From an uncultured archaeon (lineage in GTDB: Archaea; Asgardarchaeota; Lokiarchaeia; Sigyniarchaeales; SOKP01): a stretch of DNA of 64,000 bases. The stretch spans positions 256,001-320,000 of the forward strand of contig CAZALK010000001.1 of NCBI GenBank assembly GCA_964486045.1, in the 5' to 3' direction. A program made the position numbers and the translations under genes. Shown piece by piece: positions 48,640 to 59,275 of this stretch; within the stretch, counting starts at the first letter, position 1, and each line of letters opens with the position of its first letter. The notes below the pieces were generated by a model. That model saw only the letters and a list, made by a program, of their open reading frames with translations, made no database searches and was not told where the DNA came from.

Positions 48640-48663
48640 ATTTAATCTTAAGCAATTTAAGGA

Positions 48664-48927
48664 TCATGAAATTTGAGAAGCATCTGGTTTTATGAAGAGA
48701 AGATTGTTACCCCGAATGAAAATTTCGTTGTATTTAGCGACGGGTGTCCCTTCCATTAATTCAGTACAATTTTCTAAGATTAAATTCATGTACGCATCGA
48801 TCTCCTTTAACAGTCCTCTATATTCAGTTCCATCTTTTAATCTGAGCAAGATAATGGAATTCTGAGCATTTTGCAGTATTGTAAGTGGATTCTTCGACCT
48901 TTGTTGATTATTATTCCTATTTGACAT
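48664..48927 (-). CDS. lsm: Sm/Lsm protein
   Basis: LKDGTEYRGLL..IDAYMNLIL (Sm1) and IFIRGNN (Sm2). Confidence 0.93.
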   Translation of the reverse strand: MSNRNNNQQRSKNPLTILQNAQNSIILLRLKDGTEYRGLLKEIDAYMNLILENCTELMEGTPVAKYNEIFIRGNNLLFIKPDASQIS

Positions 48928-49041
48928 ATTAAGACCTTTTTAAAAAAAATTAATAATATTTAATGAAAAGATAATTTAAAGATAGATTTTTTTCAATTAA
49001 AACCTTTTTATAGATTTGAAAAATAGTAAGTTAAAAATTCT

Positions 49042-49668
49042 ATGGTTTTTAAAGTGGAGAAAATTTTTAAGTTTCTGAACAAAAAAAAAGAGATAATTGA
49101 TAATTATGATGCATCCGCAGATTTTTATGATAAAAGATATGGTGCGATCCAAAAAGAAAAATATGACATTGTTCTAAATAACTATGACCTAAATGAGAAA
49201 ACAATTATCGACATTGGTTGCGGCACTGGACTTTTTATTGAGCATATATTAAACTCTGGGGATCTCGATCGAGTTTTAGAATGTTATTACATAGCAGTGG
49301 ATATTTCATGGAATATGTTGTTACAATTTAAATTAAAACTGTTTGATTTGAAAAATAAAACCAAAATCTTGTTGATGTTAGCTGATATAGATAACTTACC
49401 ATTTCGAGACAACTCTTTTAATTTAGTTTTTTCATTGACCTCTTTCCAAAATTTACCAAATATTTTAAGCGGAATTCAGGAATCACTTAGAGTGAGTTCA
49501 AATAAGAGTGATTTTAAATTTTCAATCTTAAGAAAAAAATTAGACCTAAACCTAATATTAGAGTTGCTTACTCCATTTGTAAAAAACCTTGAAGTAATAA
49601 ATAAAGATTATGTAGAAGATATTATTATCCAAGGATCAGTAAAAAAAGAATCTCCCAATGGTTATTAA
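49042..49668 (+). CDS. Class I SAM-dependent methyltransferase
   Basis: IDIGCGTG, VDIS, ADIDNLPFRDNSF. Confidence 0.88.
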   Translation: MVFKVEKIFKFLNKKKEIIDNYDASADFYDKRYGAIQKEKYDIVLNNYDLNEKTIIDIGCGTGLFIEHILNSGDLDRVLECYYIAVDISWNMLLQFKLKLFDLKNKTKILLMLADIDNLPFRDNSFNLVFSLTSFQNLPNILSGIQESLRVSSNKSDFKFSILRKKLDLNLILELLTPFVKNLEVINKDYVEDIIIQGSVKKESPNGY

Positions 49669-50543
49669 TTCTTATAAAAATCTCTTAGGATTTCTTCCAC
49701 ATCGCTTTCGATATTAAATTTCCTTCTAAAATACTCACAAATGTTTATAATATCTCTCTCTAAAACCGAAAATGAATTGGGATGATCTCGAGAGATCCAT
49801 TGTAACCAGTCGATGATTAAAATATTACCTCTTTCATCTAAAACAATGTTAAATTCTCCCAAATCTCCATGAATCATACCGCCCTTTTGAAAGATTGTTT
49901 TTATCTGTTTTATAATTCGATTAAAAATTTTTTGAGGCTTTCTAATGCTTTTATAATAAACCAATTCTTTTCCTCTTAAATAGGACATAATGATTACATG
50001 TCGATTAAATCCAATGGGTTTTGGAGTGTCTAGTTTCAAAACATAAATTTTTTCTAGCGCTTCAAATTCTCTTTTTGCAGCAAGTCTATTTACATAAAGC
50101 CAAGAAAAATGACTTCTATCCCCTAAAATGTCCCTGTATTTTTTAATACTTCTGAAACTTGTTCGTCCCATCCTATAGAACTTCAATGCCATAACATTTT
50201 CATCATCGTCCATACCACTGTATACATCTGATTCCTTTCCCTTCCCAATTAGGGGACCAAGCTGACTAATTACATTTCTTTTCACTAATGTGTGTAGTGC
50301 AAGTAAATCATAAGCTTTAGAGTTGAGTACATAAGCAATTTCATTTTTTGAAGCATCTCTTATTATCAAATCAAGTTTATGAACTTTATTTAAACGATAT
50401 AATGTTTCTTTCATCTCGTATCTTGAGTAAAATTTAATATTTTTAACAGTTACATATTTAGATCTTTTCATTCCAATCTCTATTGCCATTAAAATTCTAA
50501 AATCCTCTTTTTCCAAAGTCGGCAATAAATGGGCTATCTCCAT
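49665..50543 (-). CDS. rio2: RIO2-type atypical kinase
   Basis: N-terminal wHTH, GKGKESDVY, LKFYRMGRTSF, IHGDLGEFNI, IIDW. Confidence 0.93.
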   Translation of the reverse strand: MEIAHLLPTLEKEDFRILMAIEIGMKRSKYVTVKNIKFYSRYEMKETLYRLNKVHKLDLIIRDASKNEIAYVLNSKAYDLLALHTLVKRNVISQLGPLIGKGKESDVYSGMDDDENVMALKFYRMGRTSFRSIKKYRDILGDRSHFSWLYVNRLAAKREFEALEKIYVLKLDTPKPIGFNRHVIIMSYLRGKELVYYKSIRKPQKIFNRIIKQIKTIFQKGGMIHGDLGEFNIVLDERGNILIIDWLQWISRDHPNSFSVLERDIINICEYFRRKFNIESDVEEILRDFYKN

Positions 50544-50553
50544 AATTAACCAT

Positions 50554-51336
50554 CTAGAATATATAATTTCGATAGGTTTTCAGAAAAGATATGCATTTAT
50601 ATATATTTGGGATTTCAAAGATTAAAACGGAAATGGTATTAAGCAATATAAAGAAAAGTAGATCGTTTTTTAAAATAAGGAAGTTAGTTAATGTTGAACC
50701 ATCTTGGAATTTAAAAAGAAATATATCAAAATTTAAATAGATAAATATTCCAGCACAAATAATTAAGCCAGTGAATGAAAAAATAATAACTTGGTTTTCC
50801 ATCTCAATTATTCCAATAGTTAAATTAATTAAAAAGAAAAAAATGGTTATTAACATCAAAATTTTAGATATATATATCCATAATTTGAAAATATTATTAT
50901 TAACCTGATGACTTAAGTTAGACATTGGCCAAAACAATGAACTGCTCAAATTAAATAATGATGCAAATGGTAAAATAATTACTCCTAATAAGGAAATGAA
51001 AAAAACACGTATTGTTGTAAATCTACTAAATATAAGTGTGTTCTTTTCTTCTCTTTTCGTTAATTCCAACATAGACTCAAGTTTTTTTTGAATTTCAGTG
51101 GGAAAATTTTTTTTAGCTAATATAAACTGAAGGTTTAGTTCAGGGAAATTACGTAATAGTTCTTTTAATTGTGTATAACTTTTCTTGTATCTTTTTTTTG
51201 TGATCTTTGACCCACTCCATAAATAAATCATTTCTTTTTCTTCATCTAAAATAGCACATATATCGTGGGATAGAAGATTATGTTCTTCTTCCTTCCATTG
51301 AGATTTGGAATCATTAAAAATGAAAGCTCTCAGCAT
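50554..51336 (-). CDS. Gelsolin-like N-terminal domain fused to about 4 TM helices
   Basis: LLSHDICAILDEEKEMIYLWSGSK resembles the gelsolin-repeat core; hydrophobic C-terminal half. Confidence 0.55.
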   Translation of the reverse strand: MLRAFIFNDSKSQWKEEEHNLLSHDICAILDEEKEMIYLWSGSKITKKRYKKSYTQLKELLRNFPELNLQFILAKKNFPTEIQKKLESMLELTKREEKNTLIFSRFTTIRVFFISLLGVIILPFASLFNLSSSLFWPMSNLSHQVNNNIFKLWIYISKILMLITIFFFLINLTIGIIEMENQVIIFSFTGLIICAGIFIYLNFDIFLFKFQDGSTLTNFLILKNDLLFFILLNTISVLIFEIPNIYKCISFLKTYRNYIF

Positions 51337-51435
51337 TTATCATCTAATTATCTTAACAACACGAGGTTTTTATTTTTTTCTATCTCAACCCAATAGAAAA
51401 ACTAATGGAAAGCTGGTAATTTGATATATTTTAAC

Positions 51436-52350
51436 TCAAATTCTTTGAACTGGTTGATTTTCGAGCCTGTTGTGTATTTCTTTCCAAGTATCAATAACAA
51501 AGTCCTCATAGGCTTTTATTATTTCCAGATTAATTGACTTAAATCTCTTTTGTACATTCAAATATTCAGTGATTGGTTTTCGTTTTGATGCATCTAAATG
51601 TTTCTTATTAGGCTTAGATAATTCAAATTTACCTTTAATTACTTCATAAAGAGGCCAAAAACCTGTTTCAGTTGCCAGTCTTCCGATTAAGATCGTATTC
51701 TTCGGTTCATACCCCCAACCAGGTGGACAAGGCGATAAAATATGGATATACTTAGTTCCTTTTATTTCTTTAGCTCTTTTGAATTTCTCGTATAAATCGA
51801 GAGGGTATGAGGCATTTGCCGTTGCAACATACGGGATATTATGCGCTTCCATTATCTTCGGCATATTCTTTTTGGTTACTAACTTTCCCTTAGGAGTTGT
51901 TGTAGTTTTTACACCTAAAGGTGTTGATCCACTTCTTTGTACTCCTGTATTCATGTAAGCTTCATTATCGTAACAAGCATAAATAAAATTAGTACCTCTT
52001 TCTGCTGCCCCACTTAAAGCTTGGATTCCTATATCTGTTGTACCCCCATCTCCCGCAAAAGCAAGAACACTAATCTCGTCAGATAATCCTTTATCCTCAA
52101 GGGATGCTACAATTCCGGATGCTGCCGCACCTGTAGTTGCAAAGGGAGTATGATAAACAGAAATTTTAGTGGTACAAAAACCTTGCATTCCATGAAGTAC
52201 AGTTAAACAAGATGCGGGTACTGTTATGATTGTATTAGGGCCCACTGCTTTAAGTGCAATCCTATATATTAAAGCCATCCCACATCCCGCACATGCACGA
52301 GTCCCTGGATAAATAAATTCCTCTTCAGGGATATCCATAACATTTACCAT
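51436..52350 (-). CDS. porB: 2-oxoacid (pyruvate-type):ferredoxin oxidoreductase beta subunit
   Basis: ACAGCG, GDGG...DNEAYMNTG TPP motif, PCPPGW. Confidence 0.92.
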   Translation of the reverse strand: MVNVMDIPEEEFIYPGTRACAGCGMALIYRIALKAVGPNTIITVPASCLTVLHGMQGFCTTKISVYHTPFATTGAAASGIVASLEDKGLSDEISVLAFAGDGGTTDIGIQALSGAAERGTNFIYACYDNEAYMNTGVQRSGSTPLGVKTTTTPKGKLVTKKNMPKIMEAHNIPYVATANASYPLDLYEKFKRAKEIKGTKYIHILSPCPPGWGYEPKNTILIGRLATETGFWPLYEVIKGKFELSKPNKKHLDASKRKPITEYLNVQKRFKSINLEIIKAYEDFVIDTWKEIHNRLENQPVQRI

Positions 52351-52356
52351 GATTTT

Positions 52357-53604
52357 TCACCCACTTTTAAAGTATGTTGATTCATCGTAATCACCTAATT
52401 TATTCAAGTCTAAACCCAAAAAATCAGTTTTGTTAGTAAAGAATCCTTCCTTAAATTCGTCTAACGCTTTATGAATACCAGTAATAATATGCTCAGTTTT
52501 TACATCTCTGCCCCCTAAACCAACAATAAAACCTTTTATATTTGGTCTATTTTTTAATCCATAAAGCGCAGCTTTTAACTCATAAGATAATACACCTTCA
52601 TATCCATATCCAATATCTCTATCAAATACAATAATATTTTCTTTATCTTTGAAAAATTCCCTTAAATCTTCGTGTGGAAAAGGTCTAAATAGTTTAAGAC
52701 TAACTATTCCAACCTCCAATCCTTCTGCTCTCAACTTTTTTAAAGCAACTCTAGCTTGAGATGCAACTGATCCCATCGCAAAGATCACAGTGTCAGCATC
52801 CTCAGTTTTAACTGATTTATATATCCCATTTCCGTATGATCTTCCGAAACTTTTAGCAAATATAGTATGGACTTCTTTAATTATATCATAAGAGTTTTCT
52901 AAAGATTTTTGAAGAGAATATCTGTATTCATAATAACCTGGAGCTGTTCCTTCTGCTCGTTCAATAACTTGAGGTGTTGTAACTGGATCAATTCCTTTTA
53001 CTTGTGACATATCGGATAGGTTAATATGATGTGTAAGGGGGGGTAAAAATTCATCGATTTTTTCTTGTTTTTCTAATTTTACTGGCATCGCGGTGTGAGA
53101 AAGCACATAACCATCAAATGCACAAACTACAGGTAGATTTACCCTTGAATCTTCGGCAATTTTGAAAGCTTGAATGTTAGTATCATAGATTTCTTGATTA
53201 TTTTCGCAAAACAGTTGAATCCATCCAACATCTCTAATTGTTATAAAATCTTGATGATCTGTCCAAACTGACCAAGGAGCGCCTAAGCTTCTAGTTGCTA
53301 AGTTTAGGACAATTGGTAATCTATTCCCAGAAGCCCACGGTAACATTTCATACATTAATTCTAAACCATGAGCCGAAGTTGCTGTCGCTACTCTTGATCC
53401 TGTAGCAGAGGCAGCACATAACACAGCCATGGCACTATGTTCAGATTCAACTTTTACAAATTTTGCTTTTAGCTTATCATCTGCGATAAATTCTGCAATT
53501 TTTTCTACGATTGGGCTTTGTGGTGTAATCGGGTATGCTGAAACAACACCTACTTTTGCTTGTCTAAATGCGTGTGCTGCGGCGTGATTTCCTGTTAAAA
53601 TCAT
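52357..53604 (-). CDS. porA: 2-oxoacid:ferredoxin oxidoreductase alpha subunit
   Basis: AYPITPQS, VESEHSA, FRPFP, GLGGRD. Confidence 0.93.
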   Translation of the reverse strand: MILTGNHAAAHAFRQAKVGVVSAYPITPQSPIVEKIAEFIADDKLKAKFVKVESEHSAMAVLCAASATGSRVATATSAHGLELMYEMLPWASGNRLPIVLNLATRSLGAPWSVWTDHQDFITIRDVGWIQLFCENNQEIYDTNIQAFKIAEDSRVNLPVVCAFDGYVLSHTAMPVKLEKQEKIDEFLPPLTHHINLSDMSQVKGIDPVTTPQVIERAEGTAPGYYEYRYSLQKSLENSYDIIKEVHTIFAKSFGRSYGNGIYKSVKTEDADTVIFAMGSVASQARVALKKLRAEGLEVGIVSLKLFRPFPHEDLREFFKDKENIIVFDRDIGYGYEGVLSYELKAALYGLKNRPNIKGFIVGLGGRDVKTEHIITGIHKALDEFKEGFFTNKTDFLGLDLNKLGDYDESTYFKSG

Positions 53605-53645
53605 GATATCAGCATCTGGTGTTGATCTTTCGCTTTCATTAATTG

Positions 53646-53945
53646 TCAGTCATTTTTCACCTCTTCCATTGATATAGCTTTAACTGGACATTCCTTCATA
53701 CATATTCCACATCCTTTACAATAATTGAAATCAATTGTAGGGGGGATAGTTCTAGTGACAACTGCTTCTGGGCAATATAACCAGCAATTAAAGCAATTAT
53801 TTTTTCCGGATTTGACAGGGATACACTTGTTTAAATCTATTATTGGTTTTTTAGAACTCCAAGTTCCTGTTTGACCTGCCTCCCCAATTACTGGTTTCTG
53901 AACAGATCCTAAAATTTTTTGGTAATCTTTTTTTGAGTTTGTCAT
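53646..53945 (-). CDS. porD: 2-oxoacid:ferredoxin oxidoreductase delta subunit
   Basis: TGTW, CFNCWLYCP, YCKGCGICMKECP. Confidence 0.92.
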   Translation of the reverse strand: MTNSKKDYQKILGSVQKPVIGEAGQTGTWSSKKPIIDLNKCIPVKSGKNNCFNCWLYCPEAVVTRTIPPTIDFNYCKGCGICMKECPVKAISMEEVKND

Positions 53946-54138
53946 TTATTCATCAAATATTAGATTCTTGTATAAAATCTAAAGCATAGAAATTATTAAT
54001 TCTTACCATTATAAAAATAATAGTTTAAAGAGTAATCTCTTTCATTTAGCAAGGAGAAAAGGCGGAATGAGAAAATTGCTTGATAATCTTTTCGTTTAAA
54101 TAAGAAAAAAATAGTTGATACTTCATTATTCAATTCAT

Positions 54139-54354
54139 ATTGGTTTGACTCGAGAGGAAATTGATAGGCTCTTAACAAGGTTCTGAAAAATAGAAAGATA
54201 TGGAGAAGGCTTGGAATATATATATATTCAATGTTCTGGTCTTGGATTATATATTTCAAAGGAAATTATAGATTTGCATGATGGACATATTTGGGCAGAA
54301 TCAGCAAGAAGAGATAAAGGGTTTTTATTTACAATAAAATTACCGATTTATTGA
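54139..54354 (+). pseudogene. Histidine-kinase HATPase C-terminal remnant
   Basis: IGLTREEIDRLLTRF*KIERYG...SGLGLYISKEIIDLHDGHIWAES...FTIKLP*: G1/F/G2 boxes with an internal TGA. Confidence 0.8.
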
Positions 54355-54375
54355 TTGATTATAGGAGAGATTGGA

Positions 54376-54972
54376 TTACAATATTCTTGCTAAATTATAT
54401 CCTTTTTCTATTAATCTAAAATTTAATTTTCCTATTTTTTCACCCAATCGTTTTGAAACGACTGTTTTTAAATAATTTAATGCTAATTCTGGCAAAGCTT
54501 TTGATAGTAATCCTAAGATTGGGGTATTAATAACTGGATTTCCATCGATAGTTAAATTTTCCTCGAGTGCTAATTTACTAATTTCTGCAACAATTATTTT
54601 TGTCTTTTCACTCAGTTTGTATCTATTAACAAAAAATTCCGGTTCTCTTTCAGAGTTAATGATAAATATACCCTCTCGTTTAAGAGAAGAAGCTATTTCC
54701 TGATTCAATACCGATTCGTCAAATATAATTAAAATGTCAGGATTCTCTATTTGTGCTCTATCCCAGATCATATTTACTCGAGAAAGTTTTGTATATGCTT
54801 GAACGGGAGCACCTCTCCTCTCAGCACCAAATGAAGGGTATGCATGTACATCAACAAAACTACCACTTAAAAATGCAGCTTCTGCAATAAGTTCTGCACA
54901 AGTAACTACTCCCATTCCGCCTCTACCTAAGAGAGTGATATTGATTACCTCATTTCCATTAATACTCATCAT
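54376..54972 (-). CDS. porG: 2-oxoacid:ferredoxin oxidoreductase gamma subunit
   Basis: GRGGMGVVT, PSFGAERRGAPV, NTPILG. Confidence 0.92.
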   Translation of the reverse strand: MMSINGNEVINITLLGRGGMGVVTCAELIAEAAFLSGSFVDVHAYPSFGAERRGAPVQAYTKLSRVNMIWDRAQIENPDILIIFDESVLNQEIASSLKREGIFIINSEREPEFFVNRYKLSEKTKIIVAEISKLALEENLTIDGNPVINTPILGLLSKALPELALNYLKTVVSKRLGEKIGKLNFRLIEKGYNLARIL

Positions 54973-55326
54973 TGAGAATAGATTCTAATTATTTTTTTCT
55001 TATATTTATGATAAGAGTGCTATCGATTAAAAATTAGTTCATAATAAGAGGGTAGTTAATAAGAAAGAAAAAAAGTTTTTCTCTTAAAAGCTATATTTTT
55101 GCTAGGATGATGTATAACTATATTATACAAAAGAAAATATTTTTAAAGTGATTTAATAGAAATCTATAACGTCAAAGAGATTTTCTTATCATGTATTAGT
55201 GATTTTAATACTACTCAAGGAACATAATCCTAGAATAATTAAAAGTAATAATAATAAGAAAGTTATGATATTATAAATTATTAAAATTCTAATATCTTTA
55301 TATCTCAGAATTGAAGTGATAATATC

Positions 55327-56175
55327 ATGAAAAATCAAACAGGCTACTTCGAAGGAAGAGAATTGACAAAACTATTCTATCAATATTGGCTCCCTGATAC
55401 AGGTGAAACTAAAGCTTATATAATTGGAGTTCATGGATGGGGGACTCATTCTGATAGACTGAGACTCCCAGCCGAATATTTGACAGAAAAAGGATATGCT
55501 GTTTATGCTTTTGATTTAAGAGGTCATTATCGGAATAAAGGGGATATTCCGGGACACATTGAAAGCATAGATCACATCCAAAAAGATATTGTCCTCTTTA
55601 TGGATTTAGTCCGTAATATTGCTAAAATCAAGAAAGTATTCTTAATGGGTCATTCTTTTGGTGGATTGATGAGTTTAATTTATGCAATTAATCACCCCAC
55701 ATTATCAGGTGCATTAATATCTTCTCCATTATTAGGAATGTTCATGAAATTGTCAATGGGTAAGAAAGTTATTAAATCAATTTCAAAAAATATCGTTAAA
55801 CTGGCACCTAATAAGATTTTAAATAACATAATTGATCAAAATCAGTTAACAAGTGATTTAAAAATATTGAGAAAACATATTGCCGATAAAAATAAAATTG
55901 ATGTAATATCGGCTAAATCAGCTACCGACATTGATAAATATACAAGATGGTCAATGGATAATGCTTCAAAGTTACTTTGTCCTGTTCTGATAATGCAAGC
56001 GGGAAATGATAAAATAGTTGATAAGGTAAAACCAAAACAATTTTTTGAGAAAGTTAAGAGTAAAGATAAAACCTACAGAGAATATGATGGATTTCTTCAC
56101 GAGTTGTGGAATGAAAAAGGAAGGTTTCAAGTATATCAAGACATGTATATTTGGTTAGAAAAACATCTAAAGTAG
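55327..56175 (+). CDS. Lysophospholipase/monoacylglycerol lipase-like hydrolase
   Basis: VHGWG, DLRGH, GHSFGG, DKIV, HELWNE. Confidence 0.88.
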   Translation: MKNQTGYFEGRELTKLFYQYWLPDTGETKAYIIGVHGWGTHSDRLRLPAEYLTEKGYAVYAFDLRGHYRNKGDIPGHIESIDHIQKDIVLFMDLVRNIAKIKKVFLMGHSFGGLMSLIYAINHPTLSGALISSPLLGMFMKLSMGKKVIKSISKNIVKLAPNKILNNIIDQNQLTSDLKILRKHIADKNKIDVISAKSATDIDKYTRWSMDNASKLLCPVLIMQAGNDKIVDKVKPKQFFEKVKSKDKTYREYDGFLHELWNEKGRFQVYQDMYIWLEKHLK

Positions 56176-56374
56176 ATTCCGATTTTTGTCTTAAGAATTG
56201 TTGAATTTGAGTCTCGTAATGTTTTATCCGTTTTATCTGATACCGCAAATAATTATCTGGTCTCTTATTTTTTATATTGAAAAGTAGATATTAAAATCCT
56301 AATAATTAGAATTTATTTCAAACAAAAATTAAATTATTAAAGTAGAATTTTCTATAGATTTAGTTGGATATTCC

Positions 56375-59275
56375 ATGGTTCTAGATGATATTGATCCTAA
56401 AAAATTAACACCTATGATGAAACACTGGTGGTCAATTAAGCAAAAGTATCCAGACCATTTGCTTGCTTATCGGATGGGGGATTTTTTTGAATTCTTTTAT
56501 GATGATGCTGAAAGAATATCAAAATTAATTGGATTAACTTTAACAAAAAGAAAGATTGGTAATGATTCATATCCCTTGGCAGGCGTCCCACATCACGCAG
56601 TAACAAATCATTTTACTAACTTAATTAATCAAGGGCAGACAATAGTTATTGTTGATCAATTAGAAGACCCTGCAACGGTTAAAGGAAGAATAGTTAAACG
56701 CGGAGTTACAAGAATATTATCACCTGGAACAGTTATAGATGGAAACATGCTTAAGTCGAATGATAATAATTATATTGCTTCATTAGTTAAAGAAAAAAGT
56801 GGATATGGCATTGCTTTTGCCGATATATCCACGGGAGAGTTCTTAACTACAGAATTTTCTTCTAAAGATATAGATCCTTTAGAAAAACTATTGAGTATCT
56901 TTTCTCAATACGACCCGGTTGAATTAATTATTCCTTCAGAACTTAAAAAAGATGAAAGGCTTTTTCTTCACATTACTGACTTAACTAAGACGATAATAAA
57001 AACTTATGATGATTATGTCTTTAATATTGAGGAATCGTACACTTTAATTACTCGTCATTTTAAAATTTCTAATTTAGAAGGATTTGGATTAGAAGGTTTC
57101 AGACTAGCAATACAATCAGCTGGAGGACTTCTTGCTTTCCTTAAAGAAACTCAGAGAGACATAATTCCTAATATTTTTAAAATAAATATGTTGCATGAAT
57201 CAAAGAATTTACATTTAGACTATATTACTCAACGAAACTTGGAGTTAATAACTTCTTTATGGGAGAAAGGCAAGGACTCAACTTTATTTTCTGTTTTTAA
57301 TCAAACTCATACACCAATGGGTGCGAGGTTATTAAAGAAGATTATTCTACAACCTCTTTTAAACAGGGAAGAAATCAATCGACGGTTAAATATTGTCCAA
57401 AAATTCAAAGATGATATCTTTTTGAGGTCGGATTTACGAGAAGAATTAAGTTATATTGGGGATCTTGAAAGATTCATCAATCGCGTTAATTACACGACTC
57501 GAACAAATGCTCGAGATTTAATTAATATAAAAAACTCTCTAGGAAATTTACCTAAAATACGCACTTTACTTGAAAAAGCAGAAATTCCTGAAATCTCACA
57601 GCTATTAGCAATTATTAATGACTTTAAAGAAACTAGGAGTTTAATTGAAGCGACTATTAAAGAGGATTCACCAATAACGGTCAAAGAAGGAAATATAATT
57701 AAAAATGGCTACAACGAAAAACTTGACGAATTAAGAGACATTTTCAATAATGGAATGACTTATATTCTAAGATATGAAGAAGAGCAAAAAAAGAGGTGGA
57801 AATTAACTTCAGGATTAAAAGTAGGGCATAATAATATTATGGGGTATTATATTCAAATAACAAATAAAACCCTATATTTAATATCAAAAATTCCTGAAGA
57901 CTACCACGAAAGAGCCACTTTAAAAAATGCAAAACGATTTACTACTGAAAAATTGAAAGAATTAGAAGAAAAAATAATTGCTGCTGAAGAAAAAATTAAT
58001 GAAATCGAATATGAAATCTTTTGTAATATACGTGATACAGTTGTTAAAGAAACCAGAGGAATTTTAGAAACTACCCAGAATATTGCTATTATCGATGTAT
58101 TAACATGTTTTGCTGAAATCGCTGAGAAATATGATTATTGCCGTCCAAAAATAACGGAAGATAATAAAATCATAATTAAGGAAGGAAGACATCCCGTAGT
58201 TGACCGTCTTGACATTTCTGACAAATTTATTCCGAATGATAGTTATTTAGATACTGAAAGTGAACACCTTTTAATCATAACCGGACCAAACATGGCAGGA
58301 AAAAGCACTTATCTTCGTCAAGTTGCACTAATATGTATTATTGCCCAGATAGGAAGTTTTGTTCCAGCTAAGTCAGCAACTATAGGAATCATCGATCATA
58401 TCTTTACAAGGATAGGGGCTTCAGATGATCTTGCTAGAAAACTAAGCACATTCATGATTGAAATGACAGAAACGGCAAAAATTCTTAATTATGCTACTCC
58501 CAAAAGTCTTATTATTATCGATGAGCTTGGTAGGGGAACTTCCACTAGCGATGGGCAGAGTATTGCAATGGCTACACTTGAAAAACTGCATGAATTAAAG
58601 ATCAAAACTCTTTTTAGCACTCATTATCATCAATTAACAGAAATAAACTTACCAGGAGTAAAAAATTATCATTTAGACATCATAGAAAACAGTGATGGAA
58701 GCATTAATTTCGTTAGAAAGCTAAAACCAGGTAGCACAGATAAATCATATGGCATCCATGTAGCAAAATTAGCAGGGATTCCTGATGATGTAATAATCAG
58801 AGCTTTTGAAATTCTAGAACAAATAGAGCAAAATGATCCCTTTAGTACAATTGTTAGGGAAAATGGGAATAAAATATCATCTGAAAGGCATTATGATAAG
58901 GTTTTAAATGGAAAAAAAATAGAACTTGAAAGATTAAATAGTAAACTAAAATCTGTAAAAGAGAAATTGGATAACTATAGTAACGATCTAGTAAGAGAGA
59001 AAAGAGAGATTGAAAAAAAAAATGCTGAGATCAAGGATTTGGATACTAAAATAAAAGAACTTATAACTAAAGCTTCTCAAACTCAGATTTTGAGAAAGAA
59101 AAAGTATGTGCAAACAAGCTTATTTGAATCTTCACCAATGAAAAAAGAAGCAATCAATGAGAGAATAGATAATCTAGTTAATTATTTCAAAAAATTTGAT
59201 ATTGATACGTTAGCTCCAAATGATATGAAGGAAAAATTGCAAGAACTTAAAAAGAAGATAGAAAGTAATACTTAA
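56375..59275 (+). CDS. mutS: DNA mismatch repair protein MutS
   Basis: TPMM, GDFFEFF, TGPNMAGKSTYLRQ, STFMIEM, DELGRGTS, SYGIHVA. Confidence 0.97.
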   Translation: MVLDDIDPKKLTPMMKHWWSIKQKYPDHLLAYRMGDFFEFFYDDAERISKLIGLTLTKRKIGNDSYPLAGVPHHAVTNHFTNLINQGQTIVIVDQLEDPATVKGRIVKRGVTRILSPGTVIDGNMLKSNDNNYIASLVKEKSGYGIAFADISTGEFLTTEFSSKDIDPLEKLLSIFSQYDPVELIIPSELKKDERLFLHITDLTKTIIKTYDDYVFNIEESYTLITRHFKISNLEGFGLEGFRLAIQSAGGLLAFLKETQRDIIPNIFKINMLHESKNLHLDYITQRNLELITSLWEKGKDSTLFSVFNQTHTPMGARLLKKIILQPLLNREEINRRLNIVQKFKDDIFLRSDLREELSYIGDLERFINRVNYTTRTNARDLINIKNSLGNLPKIRTLLEKAEIPEISQLLAIINDFKETRSLIEATIKEDSPITVKEGNIIKNGYNEKLDELRDIFNNGMTYILRYEEEQKKRWKLTSGLKVGHNNIMGYYIQITNKTLYLISKIPEDYHERATLKNAKRFTTEKLKELEEKIIAAEEKINEIEYEIFCNIRDTVVKETRGILETTQNIAIIDVLTCFAEIAEKYDYCRPKITEDNKIIIKEGRHPVVDRLDISDKFIPNDSYLDTESEHLLIITGPNMAGKSTYLRQVALICIIAQIGSFVPAKSATIGIIDHIFTRIGASDDLARKLSTFMIEMTETAKILNYATPKSLIIIDELGRGTSTSDGQSIAMATLEKLHELKIKTLFSTHYHQLTEINLPGVKNYHLDIIENSDGSINFVRKLKPGSTDKSYGIHVAKLAGIPDDVIIRAFEILEQIEQNDPFSTIVRENGNKISSERHYDKVLNGKKIELERLNSKLKSVKEKLDNYSNDLVREKREIEKKNAEIKDLDTKIKELITKASQTQILRKKKYVQTSLFESSPMKKEAINERIDNLVNYFKKFDIDTLAPNDMKEKLQELKKKIESNT

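Noticed and set aside
207-54186. Stop-codon reassignment explaining the in-frame stops
   Set aside because: The interruptions use TGA, TAG and TAA alike, and intact genes end with all three; decay or sequencing error is simpler
53996-54259. 87-aa minus-strand ORF inside the por cluster
   Set aside because: Shadow of the histidine-kinase remnant on the + strand
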